This document shows, in pieces, positions 49,194-60,364 of a stretch of DNA of 64,000 nucleotides. Location of the stretch: the NCBI GenBank assembly GCA_965216465.1, contig CBDCFW010000005.1:160001-224000 (forward strand), read 5' to 3'. Position 1 is the stretch's first letter. Each line of letters starts with the position of its first letter. Below the pieces are notes generated by a model. It saw only the letters and a list, made by a program, of their open reading frames with translations, did not search any database and was not told where the DNA came from. The translations under genes and the position numbers were made by a program. Source of the DNA: Bacteroidia bacterium (GTDB lineage Bacteria; Bacteroidota; Bacteroidia; NS11-12g; UBA9320).

Positions 49194-51292
49194 CAAACAA
49201 CACAAACGAAAATCAAGAAGAAATCTTGAAAACAGCTAATGAAGCCAAGGATGCTACAGTAGCTGAATCTAACAAAACAAAGGCTGAAACAGCCGAAAAA
49301 ACAACCGAAATTTCTGAAAAGCCAGTACACAACCCAGACGATTTTGACTGGAGTATGGACAAAGCTGGATTCGGTACGTACAACGAATCTCAAAACACAG
49401 ACTTGTTGCAGATGTATGCTAACACTATCAAGCAAATTGAAGAAAAAACAATTGTATCGGGTAGAGTGGTAAGCATTAACAACGACGACGTAGTAATCGA
49501 CATCGGATTTAAATCTGACGGATTAGTTTCAAAAACTGAGTTTAGAGACAATCCTGATTTGGCCGTAGGCGATGAAGTAGAGGTTTACGTTGATGAAACA
49601 GAAAACGACTTAGGTCAATTGGTTCTTTCTCGTAAGAAAGCAGTTCAAGAAGGTGCTTGGGAAAGAATTATTTCTATTAAAGAAAACAATGAGATTATTA
49701 AAGGTTACATTCAAGCTAGAACCAAAGGTGGTTTAGTAGTAGATGTGCTTGGAATGGATGCTTTCCTTCCAGGATCTCAAATAGATGTTAAACCAGTTAG
49801 AGATTACGACCAATATGTAGGTAAAACTATGGAATTCAAGGTTGTAAAAATCAACGAGGTTTACAAAAACGTAGTAATTTCTCACAAAGCACTAATCGAA
49901 GATGATATCGAAGCACAAAAAGCTGAGATGATTTCTAAGATGGAAGTTGGACAAGTACTTGAAGGAACTGTTAAAAACATGACTTCATTTGGTGTATTTG
50001 TTGACTTAGGTGGTCTTGACGGATTATTACACATCACCGATATCTCTTGGGGTAGAATTAACCACCCAGAAGATGTTCTTGAATTGGATCAAAAGATTCA
50101 AGTTGCCGTTCTTGAGTTTGATAACGACAAGAAACGAATTTCTCTTGGTATGAAGCAATTAACTGCTCACCCATGGGATAGCATGAAAGAAATCAAAGAA
50201 GGTGAGAAAGTTAAAGGTAAGGTAGTTACTGTTGCTGATTACGGTTCATTCGTAGAAATCGAGCCAGGCGTTGAAGGATTGATTCACGTTTCTGAAATGT
50301 CTTGGTCTCAACACCTTAGAAACCCATCTGACTTTATGAAAGTTGGCGACGAGGTAGAAGCAGTAGTATTAGACATCGATAAAGAAGAGCACAAACTTTC
50401 TTTAGGTCTTAAACAACTTAGTTCAGATCCTTGGGAGAAAATTGAGGAGAAATACCCAGTTGACTCTAAGCACACTGGAATTGTAAGAAACCTTACTAAC
50501 TACGGTTTATTCATCGAACTAGAAGAAGGAGTAGATGGTCTTGTTCACGTTTCTGACCTTTCTTGGTCTAAGAAAATCAAGCACCCTGCAGAATTCACTA
50601 AGAAAGGTGAAGAACTAGAAGTAGTTGTTCTTGAAATCGATAGAGACAATAGAAGATTAAGCCTTGGTCACAAGCAGATTGATGAGAACCCTTGGGATAC
50701 TTTCGAATCAGTATTCACGTTAGGTTCTGAGCACGAAGGTGTTGTAACTGAAATCAATGACCGTGGTGTTATCTTAACTCTTCCTTATGGTGTTGAAGGA
50801 TTCTCTCCTAAAAAACACATCAAGAAAGAAGATAAGACTGAAGTAGCATTAGATGAAACAATTACAGTTCGTGTAATTGAATTCAATAAAGATGCGAAAA
50901 GAATCTTAGTTTCTCATACTGACATCTGGAAAGAAGCTGAAAGAGCACAAAATGCTGGTAAAGAAGCTGCACAGAAAAAACGTGCAAGCAGAACTTCTAG
51001 CTACGTGAACAAGCTTAACAGTGCAACTGAGAAAACAACTTTAGGTGAATTAGACGTATTAGCTGAATTAAAAGCTAAGATGGAAGGCGAACCAAAAGAG
51101 GCTCCAAAGAAAGAAGCTCCTAAAAAAGAAGCTCCAAAAGCGGAAGAGCCTAAAGCTGAGAAAGCTGAAGCTGCATCGGACGATTTAGGTTCGATGACTG
51201 TTGCTCAACTCAAAGCTCTTGCTAAAGAAAAAGGTATCACTGGATACACTTCTCTTAAAAAAGCAGAACTTGTTGAAGTATTGAGCAAATAA
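49190..51292 (+). CDS. rpsA: 30S ribosomal protein bS1 with C-terminal Rho_N-like extension
   Basis: Six S1 repeats (DIGFKSDG, AFLPGSQID, DGLLHITDISW, EGLIHVSEMSW, DGLVHVSDLSW), TTLGEL, then an extra linker and helical domain. Confidence 0.97.
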   Translation: MTNNTNENQEEILKTANEAKDATVAESNKTKAETAEKTTEISEKPVHNPDDFDWSMDKAGFGTYNESQNTDLLQMYANTIKQIEEKTIVSGRVVSINNDDVVIDIGFKSDGLVSKTEFRDNPDLAVGDEVEVYVDETENDLGQLVLSRKKAVQEGAWERIISIKENNEIIKGYIQARTKGGLVVDVLGMDAFLPGSQIDVKPVRDYDQYVGKTMEFKVVKINEVYKNVVISHKALIEDDIEAQKAEMISKMEVGQVLEGTVKNMTSFGVFVDLGGLDGLLHITDISWGRINHPEDVLELDQKIQVAVLEFDNDKKRISLGMKQLTAHPWDSMKEIKEGEKVKGKVVTVADYGSFVEIEPGVEGLIHVSEMSWSQHLRNPSDFMKVGDEVEAVVLDIDKEEHKLSLGLKQLSSDPWEKIEEKYPVDSKHTGIVRNLTNYGLFIELEEGVDGLVHVSDLSWSKKIKHPAEFTKKGEELEVVVLEIDRDNRRLSLGHKQIDENPWDTFESVFTLGSEHEGVVTEINDRGVILTLPYGVEGFSPKKHIKKEDKTEVALDETITVRVIEFNKDAKRILVSHTDIWKEAERAQNAGKEAAQKKRASRTSSYVNKLNSATEKTTLGELDVLAELKAKMEGEPKEAPKKEAPKKEAPKAEEPKAEKAEAASDDLGSMTVAQLKALAKEKGITGYTSLKKAELVEVLSK
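51095..51139 (+). repeat. 3 x 15-bp coding tandem repeat (KEAPK)
   Basis: AAAGAGGCTCCAAAG AAAGAAGCTCCTAAA AAAGAAGCTCCAAAA. Confidence 0.85.
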
Positions 51293-51310
51293 GTTTTGAA
51301 AAGAACACCT

Positions 51311-51345
51311 AAAAAATCCCGGCCAAATGGTCGGGATTTTTTTTT
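51311..51345 (+). terminator. Intrinsic terminator after rpsA
   Basis: AAAAAATCCCGGCCA-aa-TGGTCGGGATTTTTTTTT. Confidence 0.9.
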
Positions 51346-51405
51346 GAATAATCGGAATCAGATTTTTTGATTATCAAGGCAAATACAACTAATATTGAAA
51401 CTCCT

Positions 51406-51822
51406 ATGAACTATTGGTTAATTAAATCAGAACCTTTTAAATATAGCTGGCAGCAGATGCAGGATGATGGCACCACGTACTGGGATGGTGTACGCAGTTA
51501 TGCCGCCCGAATCTTTCTTAAAGAGATGAAGGTTGGAGATTTATGCCTCTTTTACCATAGCAATGAAGGAAAGGAGATTGTAGGAATTACGGAAGTTGTA
51601 AAAGAACAATATCAAGATCCTACAACTGACGATGATCGATGGGTTGCTGTTGATGTAAAAGCTATCAAATCACTCGAACAACCTATTACATTGGCAGAGT
51701 TAAAAGCAGATAACCTATTGAAAGAAATGCGTTTTGTTCGCCAGAGCCGTCTATCTGTAGCACCCGTTACTTCCAAAGAATTTAACAAAATATTGAAGTT
51801 GTCTCAAACATCGCTTCCTTAA
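51406..51822 (+). CDS. EVE-domain protein
   Basis: MNYWLIKSEP, WDGVRSY-x-AR, GDLCLFYHS, RLSVAPV. ATG 51406 preferred. Confidence 0.93.
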   Translation: MNYWLIKSEPFKYSWQQMQDDGTTYWDGVRSYAARIFLKEMKVGDLCLFYHSNEGKEIVGITEVVKEQYQDPTTDDDRWVAVDVKAIKSLEQPITLAELKADNLLKEMRFVRQSRLSVAPVTSKEFNKILKLSQTSLP

Positions 51823-52359
51823 ATGAAACGCGTAATTTTAGATTATAAACACGTCGATCTCATGCTCACCCGCATGTGTCACGAACTTGTAGAAAAGCAT
51901 GGCAACTTTGAAAATGCTGCGTTAATCGCATTGCAACCACGCGGTACCCAACTTGGAAAGGTGATGGCACAAAAGTTAAAATCACTTTTCAATATTTCAG
52001 TAACCTATGGTGAGTTGGACACCACATTTCATCGCGACGATTTTAGACGAACCGACAAACCGTTAATTCCGAATACTATTAGCTTAGACTTTGAGATTGA
52101 AGGAAAACATATTGTGCTTATTGACGATGTTTTGTTTACCGGACGTTCAATTAGAGCAGCATTAGATGCCATTAATGACTACGGCAGACCAGCATCTATT
52201 CAGTTGCTTGCTCTGATCAATAGAAAGTACAAAAGAGAAGTACCCATCCACCCCGATTATATTGGTGAGCATATCGACTCAAGAGCAGACGACTATGTAA
52301 AGGTAGACTGGGAAGTGAATAAATGTAAAGTTTGGATAATTAAGGACAATAAAAAATAA
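51823..52359 (+). CDS. pyrR: PyrR / uracil phosphoribosyltransferase-like protein
   Basis: LTRMCHEL, LDTTFHRDD, LIDDVLFTGRSIRAAL, REVPIHPDYIG. Confidence 0.92.
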   Translation: MKRVILDYKHVDLMLTRMCHELVEKHGNFENAALIALQPRGTQLGKVMAQKLKSLFNISVTYGELDTTFHRDDFRRTDKPLIPNTISLDFEIEGKHIVLIDDVLFTGRSIRAALDAINDYGRPASIQLLALINRKYKREVPIHPDYIGEHIDSRADDYVKVDWEVNKCKVWIIKDNKK

Positions 52360-52364
52360 TATCA

Positions 52365-53297
52365 ATGCTATCTACCAATCATTTACTCGGTATTAAAGAC
52401 ATTACTCCAGAAGACATTGATTTAATCTTTAAAACGGCTGATAACTTTAAGCAAGTTATTAATCGCCCAATTAAGAAAGTTCCTTCATTAAGAGATGTGA
52501 CCATTGCGAATGTTTTTTTCGAAAACTCAACGCGAACAAAGATTTCGTTTGAACTTGCTGAAAAAAGGCTATCGGCTGACGTCGTAAACTTTTCAAGCTC
52601 AAGTTCATCCGTTAAAAAGGGGGAAACGCTTATCGATACTGTAAATAACATCTTAGCGATGAAGGTTGACATGGTGGTGATGAGACACCCAGCACCAGGA
52701 GCTCATCAGTTTCTTTCAAGACACATCGATGCAAGCATTGTTAATGCGGGAGATGGAACACATGAACACCCTACTCAAGCTCTCCTTGATGCTTATTCGC
52801 TACGTGAGCAATTGGGGTCGTTGAAAAACAAGAAAATATTAATCGTTGGAGATATTTTACACTCACGAGTGGCACTGAGTAACATTTACTGCCTTCAAAA
52901 ACTTGGAGCTAAGGTTCGGGTGTGTGGACCTCCTACCCTTTTACCCAAATACATTGATAGCTTAGGCGTCGAGTCAAGTTACAATTTACAAGAAAGCTTA
53001 GAATGGTGCGATGCCGCCAATATGCTTAGAATTCAATTGGAAAGACAAGAAGACAAATACTTTCCTAGTCTTCGCGAATATTCACTTCAATATGGGCTCG
53101 ATTTAAACACCTTGAAAGGCTTAAGTAAAAAGATTGTGTTGATGCACCCAGGCCCTATTAATCGCGGTGTTGAAATAACAAGTGAAGTTGCCGATTCTGA
53201 CCAATCTATAATTTTAGATCAGGTTGAGAATGGAGTAGCTATAAGAATGGCAGTTCTCTATTTGCTTTCAGCTAAAAAAGGTCGAAATGAAAAGTAA
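52365..53297 (+). CDS. pyrB: Aspartate carbamoyltransferase catalytic subunit
   Basis: FFENSTRT, KGETL, HEHPTQALLD, GDILHSRV, RIQLER, MHPGPINRGVEI. Confidence 0.98.
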   Translation: MLSTNHLLGIKDITPEDIDLIFKTADNFKQVINRPIKKVPSLRDVTIANVFFENSTRTKISFELAEKRLSADVVNFSSSSSSVKKGETLIDTVNNILAMKVDMVVMRHPAPGAHQFLSRHIDASIVNAGDGTHEHPTQALLDAYSLREQLGSLKNKKILIVGDILHSRVALSNIYCLQKLGAKVRVCGPPTLLPKYIDSLGVESSYNLQESLEWCDAANMLRIQLERQEDKYFPSLREYSLQYGLDLNTLKGLSKKIVLMHPGPINRGVEITSEVADSDQSIILDQVENGVAIRMAVLYLLSAKKGRNEK

Positions 53298-54330
53298 GGT
53301 TTTTATATTGTATACGGGAGGAACCTTCGGCATGAAGAATGTTGAAGGCAAAGGGTTACAGCCCTCTTCTTGGGATGAGATCATCGACTATCTTCCGGCA
53401 ATAAAAAATCAAACTTTTTTCAACTACTTCTCTGAAATAGAATTCACATTTGAAACACTCAGTCCAGTGGTTGATTCTTCCGACATCACTCCTTCTTCAT
53501 GGGTGCGAATAGCTGATGCGATTGCAAAGAACTATGAGGAGCACGATGGTTTTATTGTTATTCACGGAACAGACACCTTGGCGTATACAAGTTCTGCTCT
53601 AAGTTTTATGCTTGAAAATTTAGCAAAACCCGTAGTGCTTACCGGTGCTCAGCTACCTATCTTTCATCCAAGAACAGACGGAATAGTAAACCTGAGCAAT
53701 GCCATCTACATTGCAGGTTATAAAAGTTTTAACCTTTCGTGTATCCCCGAAGTATGCATCTGTTTCAATGATGATCTACTTCGTGGAAATCGTGCAGTTA
53801 AAACAAGTACAAATGATTTTGAAGGATTTAGCTCACCAAATTTTGAAAACCTTGGAATCTTAGAACAAAGCATTACAATCAACGACAGTTTGCTCCAGCA
53901 ACTAAGTTTCGAAGATTTGCTTTTAAAGACCAATTTCAGCGACAAGGTGGTCAATGTAACGGTATTCCCAGGGTACAACTGCAATGTGCTTCTAAAATTA
54001 GTTGAGAACGACGCTATTGAAGGAATCGTTCTCAAAACTTTTGGTTCAGGCAACTTGCCACACAATGAAGATTGGATAAACCTAATCAAAAAATGTGAAG
54101 AGCATAACGTCATTATACTAGCGACTACTCAATGTCCAAATGGCCAAATCGAAATAGGGAGATATTCTTCGAGCAATATACTGAATAACCCCATTGTTGC
54201 CAGCGGAAACGACATCACTTCAGAGGCCGCACTAACCAAATTAATGTGGGTTATTGGCAATTTTAAATTCGAGGAGCGAATCGAAATGTTATCAAAAAAT
54301 CTACGTGGCGAAATTACTGCACGTAACTAA
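53287..54330 (+). CDS. ansA: L-asparaginase type I
   Basis: LYTGGTFGM, DSSDI, HGTDTLAY, LTGAQLP, FGSGN, EAALTKL. Confidence 0.92.
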   Translation: MKSKVFILYTGGTFGMKNVEGKGLQPSSWDEIIDYLPAIKNQTFFNYFSEIEFTFETLSPVVDSSDITPSSWVRIADAIAKNYEEHDGFIVIHGTDTLAYTSSALSFMLENLAKPVVLTGAQLPIFHPRTDGIVNLSNAIYIAGYKSFNLSCIPEVCICFNDDLLRGNRAVKTSTNDFEGFSSPNFENLGILEQSITINDSLLQQLSFEDLLLKTNFSDKVVNVTVFPGYNCNVLLKLVENDAIEGIVLKTFGSGNLPHNEDWINLIKKCEEHNVIILATTQCPNGQIEIGRYSSSNILNNPIVASGNDITSEAALTKLMWVIGNFKFEERIEMLSKNLRGEITARN

Positions 54331-54449
54331 CTGATTTTCAGACAAATAGATTAAATTTATTGTTAGTTGTTTGTGGATATTTACAAAGCTAACGCCCTTC
54401 GTATATCCTGCATTAAATTGTACTTTCACGCTTTATTTTTTAACTATAA

Positions 54450-56396
<1,947 letters not shown>

Positions 56397-56413
56397 ATGA
56401 TTTGTTTAACACG

Positions 56414-56445
56414 AAAAGAGGCGGTTTAATCACCGCCTTTTTTTT
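56414..56445. terminator. Bidirectional intrinsic terminator
   Basis: AAAAG-AGGCGGT-ttaatc-ACCGCCT-T-run between convergent gyrB and pfkA. Confidence 0.85.
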
Positions 56446-56446
56446 G

Positions 56447-57418
56447 TTATAGTGATAAGATATCAGCTAAATCAATCATGTTGCTGGCCACACGCTTTTT
56501 ACCGTTAATGGCTTCATCGAAGCTCGTATAACTAATTTCATTGCTAACAATTCCAATGGTTACAGAACGCTTACCGGCCAGTAAAGCATTCACCGATTCA
56601 GATCCCAATCTTGATGACAAGATTCTGTCACGTGCAGTTGGACTGCCACCTCGTTGAACGTGACCTAAAATTGTACTTCTAATCTTCAAATCAGGGTAAA
56701 TAGCCGTCAATTTCTTTTCTAAAATCAAAGCACCTCCTTGCTCATCTCCTTCAGCCACAACTATAATCGAGAATGTTTTCTTACGTTTATCAGGACGATT
56801 AAATTGTTCTATCATCTTGTCCCAATCCGTTTGATCTTCCGGAATCAACGCGGCTTCGGCCCCTCCAGCAATAGCCACATCCAAAGCAATAAAACCAGAA
56901 TCTCTTCCCATCACTTCAACAATAAACACACGTTCATGTGAATGTGCTGTATCTCTAATTCTATCTATCGCTTCTAGTGCAGTATTAATTGCAGTGTCGT
57001 AACCAATAGTAAAATCAGTACCATATAAATCGTTATCGATTGTTCCAGGTAGACCAACAATTGGAATTCCATATTCTTCACTGAAAATCATGGCTCCAGT
57101 GTACGACCCATTTCCTCCGATGCACACCAGAGCTTCTATTCCATGCTCTTGCAGGTTGGCAAAGGCTTCAGCCCTACCTTCCTTAGTTCTGAACGATTCA
57201 CTTCGAGCTGTTTTTAAGAAAGTTCCTCCTCGCTGAATGATATTGGCTACTGATTGCCTATTCAAATCAATAATATCGTTTTGAATCATTCCTTCATATC
57301 CTCTCTTAATGCCTTTCACTTTTAATCCATGATAAATTGCTGTTCTTACCACAGCACGTATGCAGGCGTTCATTCCTGGAGCATCACCTCCAGATGTATA
57401 GACTCCGATTGTCTTCAT
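56447..57418 (-). CDS. pfkA: ATP-dependent 6-phosphofructokinase
   Basis: TSGGDAPGMN, IGGNGS, PGTIDND, VEVMGR, LGHVQRGG. Confidence 0.97.
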   Translation of the reverse strand: MKTIGVYTSGGDAPGMNACIRAVVRTAIYHGLKVKGIKRGYEGMIQNDIIDLNRQSVANIIQRGGTFLKTARSESFRTKEGRAEAFANLQEHGIEALVCIGGNGSYTGAMIFSEEYGIPIVGLPGTIDNDLYGTDFTIGYDTAINTALEAIDRIRDTAHSHERVFIVEVMGRDSGFIALDVAIAGGAEAALIPEDQTDWDKMIEQFNRPDKRKKTFSIIVVAEGDEQGGALILEKKLTAIYPDLKIRSTILGHVQRGGSPTARDRILSSRLGSESVNALLAGKRSVTIGIVSNEISYTSFDEAINGKKRVASNMIDLADILSL

Positions 57419-57518
57419 TGGCTGCTAAAATAGGAAAACAGAAAATATATGCGATTGTTTTTCTTCTTAATTAATACATCAAAAATGTCAATATTTATTT
57501 CTACCAATTATTGGGTAC

Positions 57519-57549
57519 AAAAAAAAGGGAGGACCATGGCCCTCCCTTG
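57519..57549 (-). terminator. Intrinsic terminator of the lipoprotein gene
   Basis: A8-GGGAGGAC-cat-GGCCCTCCC; U-tract on the minus strand. Confidence 0.8.
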
Positions 57550-57570
57550 TAAATTCTTTATATAGTTCGC

Positions 57571-58434
57571 TTACGGTGCGTACTTGTAAATAAATTGGAT
57601 GTAATCGTTGTTATCACTTGGAGTTTCAACAACATCAGTAATCTCGATTAATGCAATTTTACCGCTGTTTTTAATGTTGATTAGGTAAGTTTCACCTTTA
57701 GCTGGGTTAATTACAGACTCAGCAGCTCCAAGCTCATCCCACGCAGCATTTAATGCAGTTTCGTTGCTCATATTTGCCCAAGTGTGAGTTGTAGTTGATT
57801 TGAAAGTAGAACCGTTTCTAGAAGTCCAACGTGCAGGCCAGTTAGGAAGGTCGTTGTTGCTAGTAGAATCTTGAATATCTTTAAAAGAGTTAGGATCTCC
57901 GCTGCTTAAAGGACCAGCACCAATTTGGTATGCACCTAGCTTAGTTCCTTGGAAGTTATAAACTCTAAATGGAGTACCTGCGTCGTCAGTAAACTCAATT
58001 AAGCTTGCTCCTGGATCACCTAAATTAGTAATGGTAATGCTCTTAGTTGTTGCATTTCCATCTTTATCAGTAATGGTAAAGCTCCATTTCTCAGAACCAG
58101 CATTTACACCAGTAGTTCCTGTGAAATCAACTCTTAAATCTTTTGTATCGATTGTTGAGTCACAAAGTGAGCAATTTGCTGGAACTAACTCATCACCTCC
58201 ATCATAAGAAACAGTGATGTTTAGTCCAACCATCTTAGAAACGTGAGACGCACTAATTCCAACTTTGAATTCTTGTTGAGCAGATAAGCTAATATCGCTA
58301 GAAACGTATTCGCCGTCGCCAATAAATTCAAGTACTGGTGAAGGGTCTACCTCTTCAACAGGTCCACAGCTAGTCACGAAAATAGAACCTAGTCCTACAA
58401 CTGCTAGTAATGAGAATAATTTGATGTTTTTCAT
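57571..58434 (-). CDS. Hypothetical surface lipoprotein
   Basis: Lipobox VTSC followed by acidic GPVEEVD; beta-rich; own -7 box TATCTTTG at 58452-58459. Confidence 0.75.
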   Translation of the reverse strand: MKNIKLFSLLAVVGLGSIFVTSCGPVEEVDPSPVLEFIGDGEYVSSDISLSAQQEFKVGISASHVSKMVGLNITVSYDGGDELVPANCSLCDSTIDTKDLRVDFTGTTGVNAGSEKWSFTITDKDGNATTKSITITNLGDPGASLIEFTDDAGTPFRVYNFQGTKLGAYQIGAGPLSSGDPNSFKDIQDSTSNNDLPNWPARWTSRNGSTFKSTTTHTWANMSNETALNAAWDELGAAESVINPAKGETYLINIKNSGKIALIEITDVVETPSDNNDYIQFIYKYAP

Positions 58435-58537
58435 TTTTATAGTTTGTGGTGCAAAGATATAATGTTAATTATTTATTGGAACTATAATTTGCATTCTTGC
58501 TCAATTCTTACAAACCTTGTGTGCAACAAACATTTAC

Positions 58538-60280
58538 ATGGTTTTAACGAGCTTAGATTTTATCATTATTGGGTTGTTTATTTTAATAACCTTGGCACTT
58601 GGCTGGTACGCGAAAAGCACTGCAAATCAAGGACTTGAAGGGTTCTTTTTAGGCGGAAAGAACCTCCCATGGTACTTGGCCGGTTTAAGCATGGTTGCAA
58701 CCACATTTGCTGCCGATACCCCGCTTGCAGTTACTGAATTGGTTGCTCAAAATGGTATTTCTGGAAACTGGGTGTGGTGGAATATGCTTTTGGGAGGAAT
58801 GTTTACTGCGGTTTTCTATGCTCAACTTTGGCGAAGAAGTGGTGTTGTTACGGATGCTGAATTCATTACGCTTCGCTATGCTGGAAAGCCTGCTCAATGG
58901 CTTAAAAAATTCAAAGCAGTATATCTAGGCTTGTTCATGAATGCCATCATCCTGGCATGGGTAAACTTAGCTTTAATGGCAATACTTGAAGTGTTTTTCG
59001 GAATAACAGGTGTAGATCTCTACATCTATACCGGAATTGCCATGTTAATGGTAGCTGGATATTCTGCCTTATCAGGACTGCTTGGCGTTGCTTTAACCGA
59101 TGCCTTCCAATTCTTTATTGCCCTCACCGGTTGTATTGTTTTGGCTGTACTCGTAGTAAATTCAGATCAAATAGGAGGAATATCCGCACTAAAAGAAGCT
59201 TTACCTGAAGGTAGCCTCAAAATTACTCCAGGAATAAATAGCTCATCCAGTTCTACGCTTACTATGGGTCTCGCCTCATTTATTGCCTTTGCCGGAATGG
59301 TTTGGTGGTCATCTTGGTACCCAGGTGCAGAACCCGGAGGAGGAGGTTATATCGCACAAAGGATGTTCAGTACAAAAAATGAGAAACATTCATTTCTAGC
59401 GACCTTCTTCTTTCAACTTGCCCACTATGGCCTTCGCCCTTGGCCATGGATCATTGTTGCCTTATGCTCTGTAATTTTATATCCAGATCTGGCACCTGCA
59501 GACCAAAAACTGGGCTTTGTAATGGCCATGAAGGATTTCCTTCCAGCGGGAATGCGTGGTTTATTACTCGTTGCCTTTCTTGGAGCCTATATGAGTACCG
59601 TGTCAACCCACCTTAACTGGGGAGCCAGTTATATCGTAAATGACGTTTGGAATAATAGGGGGAAGTCAGATAAGTCTATCGTAAAGGTTTCAAGGATTAC
59701 CACTTTTGCTATTATGATAATAGCCATGGCTGTAACAACCCAAGTTACATCTATCAGTGGAGTTTGGGAGTTTATTATGGAATGTGGAGCAGGACTTGGA
59801 CTACTGCTCATGCTACGATGGTTTTGGTTCAGAATAAGTGCTTGGGCTGAAATTGCAGCAACAGTCACCCCTTTTATTGTCTATGCAATCTTGAAATTTG
59901 GTTTGTCTGAACAATTCCCCAATTTGAAAGAGTCTATTTCTACAGATCCAACATCCTTTTTCATTACCGTTGGGGTAACCACACTTGTTTGGGTTGTTAT
60001 AAGCTTGCTAAGCCCTAAACACAACGAGCAAATTGAGACTTTTAAGGCGAAAATTTATCCTGAAGGTTTCAATCAATTTAGATTAAAGATTCCTTATCTA
60101 TTCACGGCATGGATTGGAGGAATTGCAATTGTGTATTCGTTCTTATTTATGGTTGGTAAGATTATATTCAAGGATTGGAACATGGCATTGATATTCATAG
60201 CAACCTTTGTCCTTGGAGCTCTTCTCTTTTACTTTTCGGCTAACAAAGCTGGTCTCTTTAAGTCAAAATCTGCGACATAA
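58538..60280 (+). CDS. Sodium:solute symporter family protein
   Basis: FFLGGKNLPW, SMVATTFAADTP, GGGYIAQR, AYMSTVST-x-LNWGASY; about 14 TM helices. Confidence 0.92.
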   Translation: MVLTSLDFIIIGLFILITLALGWYAKSTANQGLEGFFLGGKNLPWYLAGLSMVATTFAADTPLAVTELVAQNGISGNWVWWNMLLGGMFTAVFYAQLWRRSGVVTDAEFITLRYAGKPAQWLKKFKAVYLGLFMNAIILAWVNLALMAILEVFFGITGVDLYIYTGIAMLMVAGYSALSGLLGVALTDAFQFFIALTGCIVLAVLVVNSDQIGGISALKEALPEGSLKITPGINSSSSSTLTMGLASFIAFAGMVWWSSWYPGAEPGGGGYIAQRMFSTKNEKHSFLATFFFQLAHYGLRPWPWIIVALCSVILYPDLAPADQKLGFVMAMKDFLPAGMRGLLLVAFLGAYMSTVSTHLNWGASYIVNDVWNNRGKSDKSIVKVSRITTFAIMIIAMAVTTQVTSISGVWEFIMECGAGLGLLLMLRWFWFRISAWAEIAATVTPFIVYAILKFGLSEQFPNLKESISTDPTSFFITVGVTTLVWVVISLLSPKHNEQIETFKAKIYPEGFNQFRLKIPYLFTAWIGGIAIVYSFLFMVGKIIFKDWNMALIFIATFVLGALLFYFSANKAGLFKSKSAT

Positions 60281-60297
60281 AGCATGTAAGTTTCTTG

Positions 60298-60312
60298 TGG
60301 CACACCGTTTGT
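60298..60312 (+). promoter_or_regulatory. Sigma-54-like -24/-12 promoter candidate upstream of lon
   Basis: TGGCACA-CCGT-TTGT; correct GG to G(T) spacing, with GT in place of GC. Confidence 0.5.
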
Positions 60313-60364
60313 CTTATATAGTATCACGTTGAATATTTACCTAAAAAGGTGACAACTTGACAAT

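Noticed and set aside
51406-51822. EVE domain as part of a modification-dependent restriction system
   Set aside because: Stand-alone EVE with no fused or adjacent nuclease or ATPase; housekeeping context.
54373-54381. DnaA-box-like TGTGGATAT upstream of gyrB, possible oriC
   Set aside because: Single mismatched box, no cluster or unwinding element, and no dnaA or dnaN nearby.
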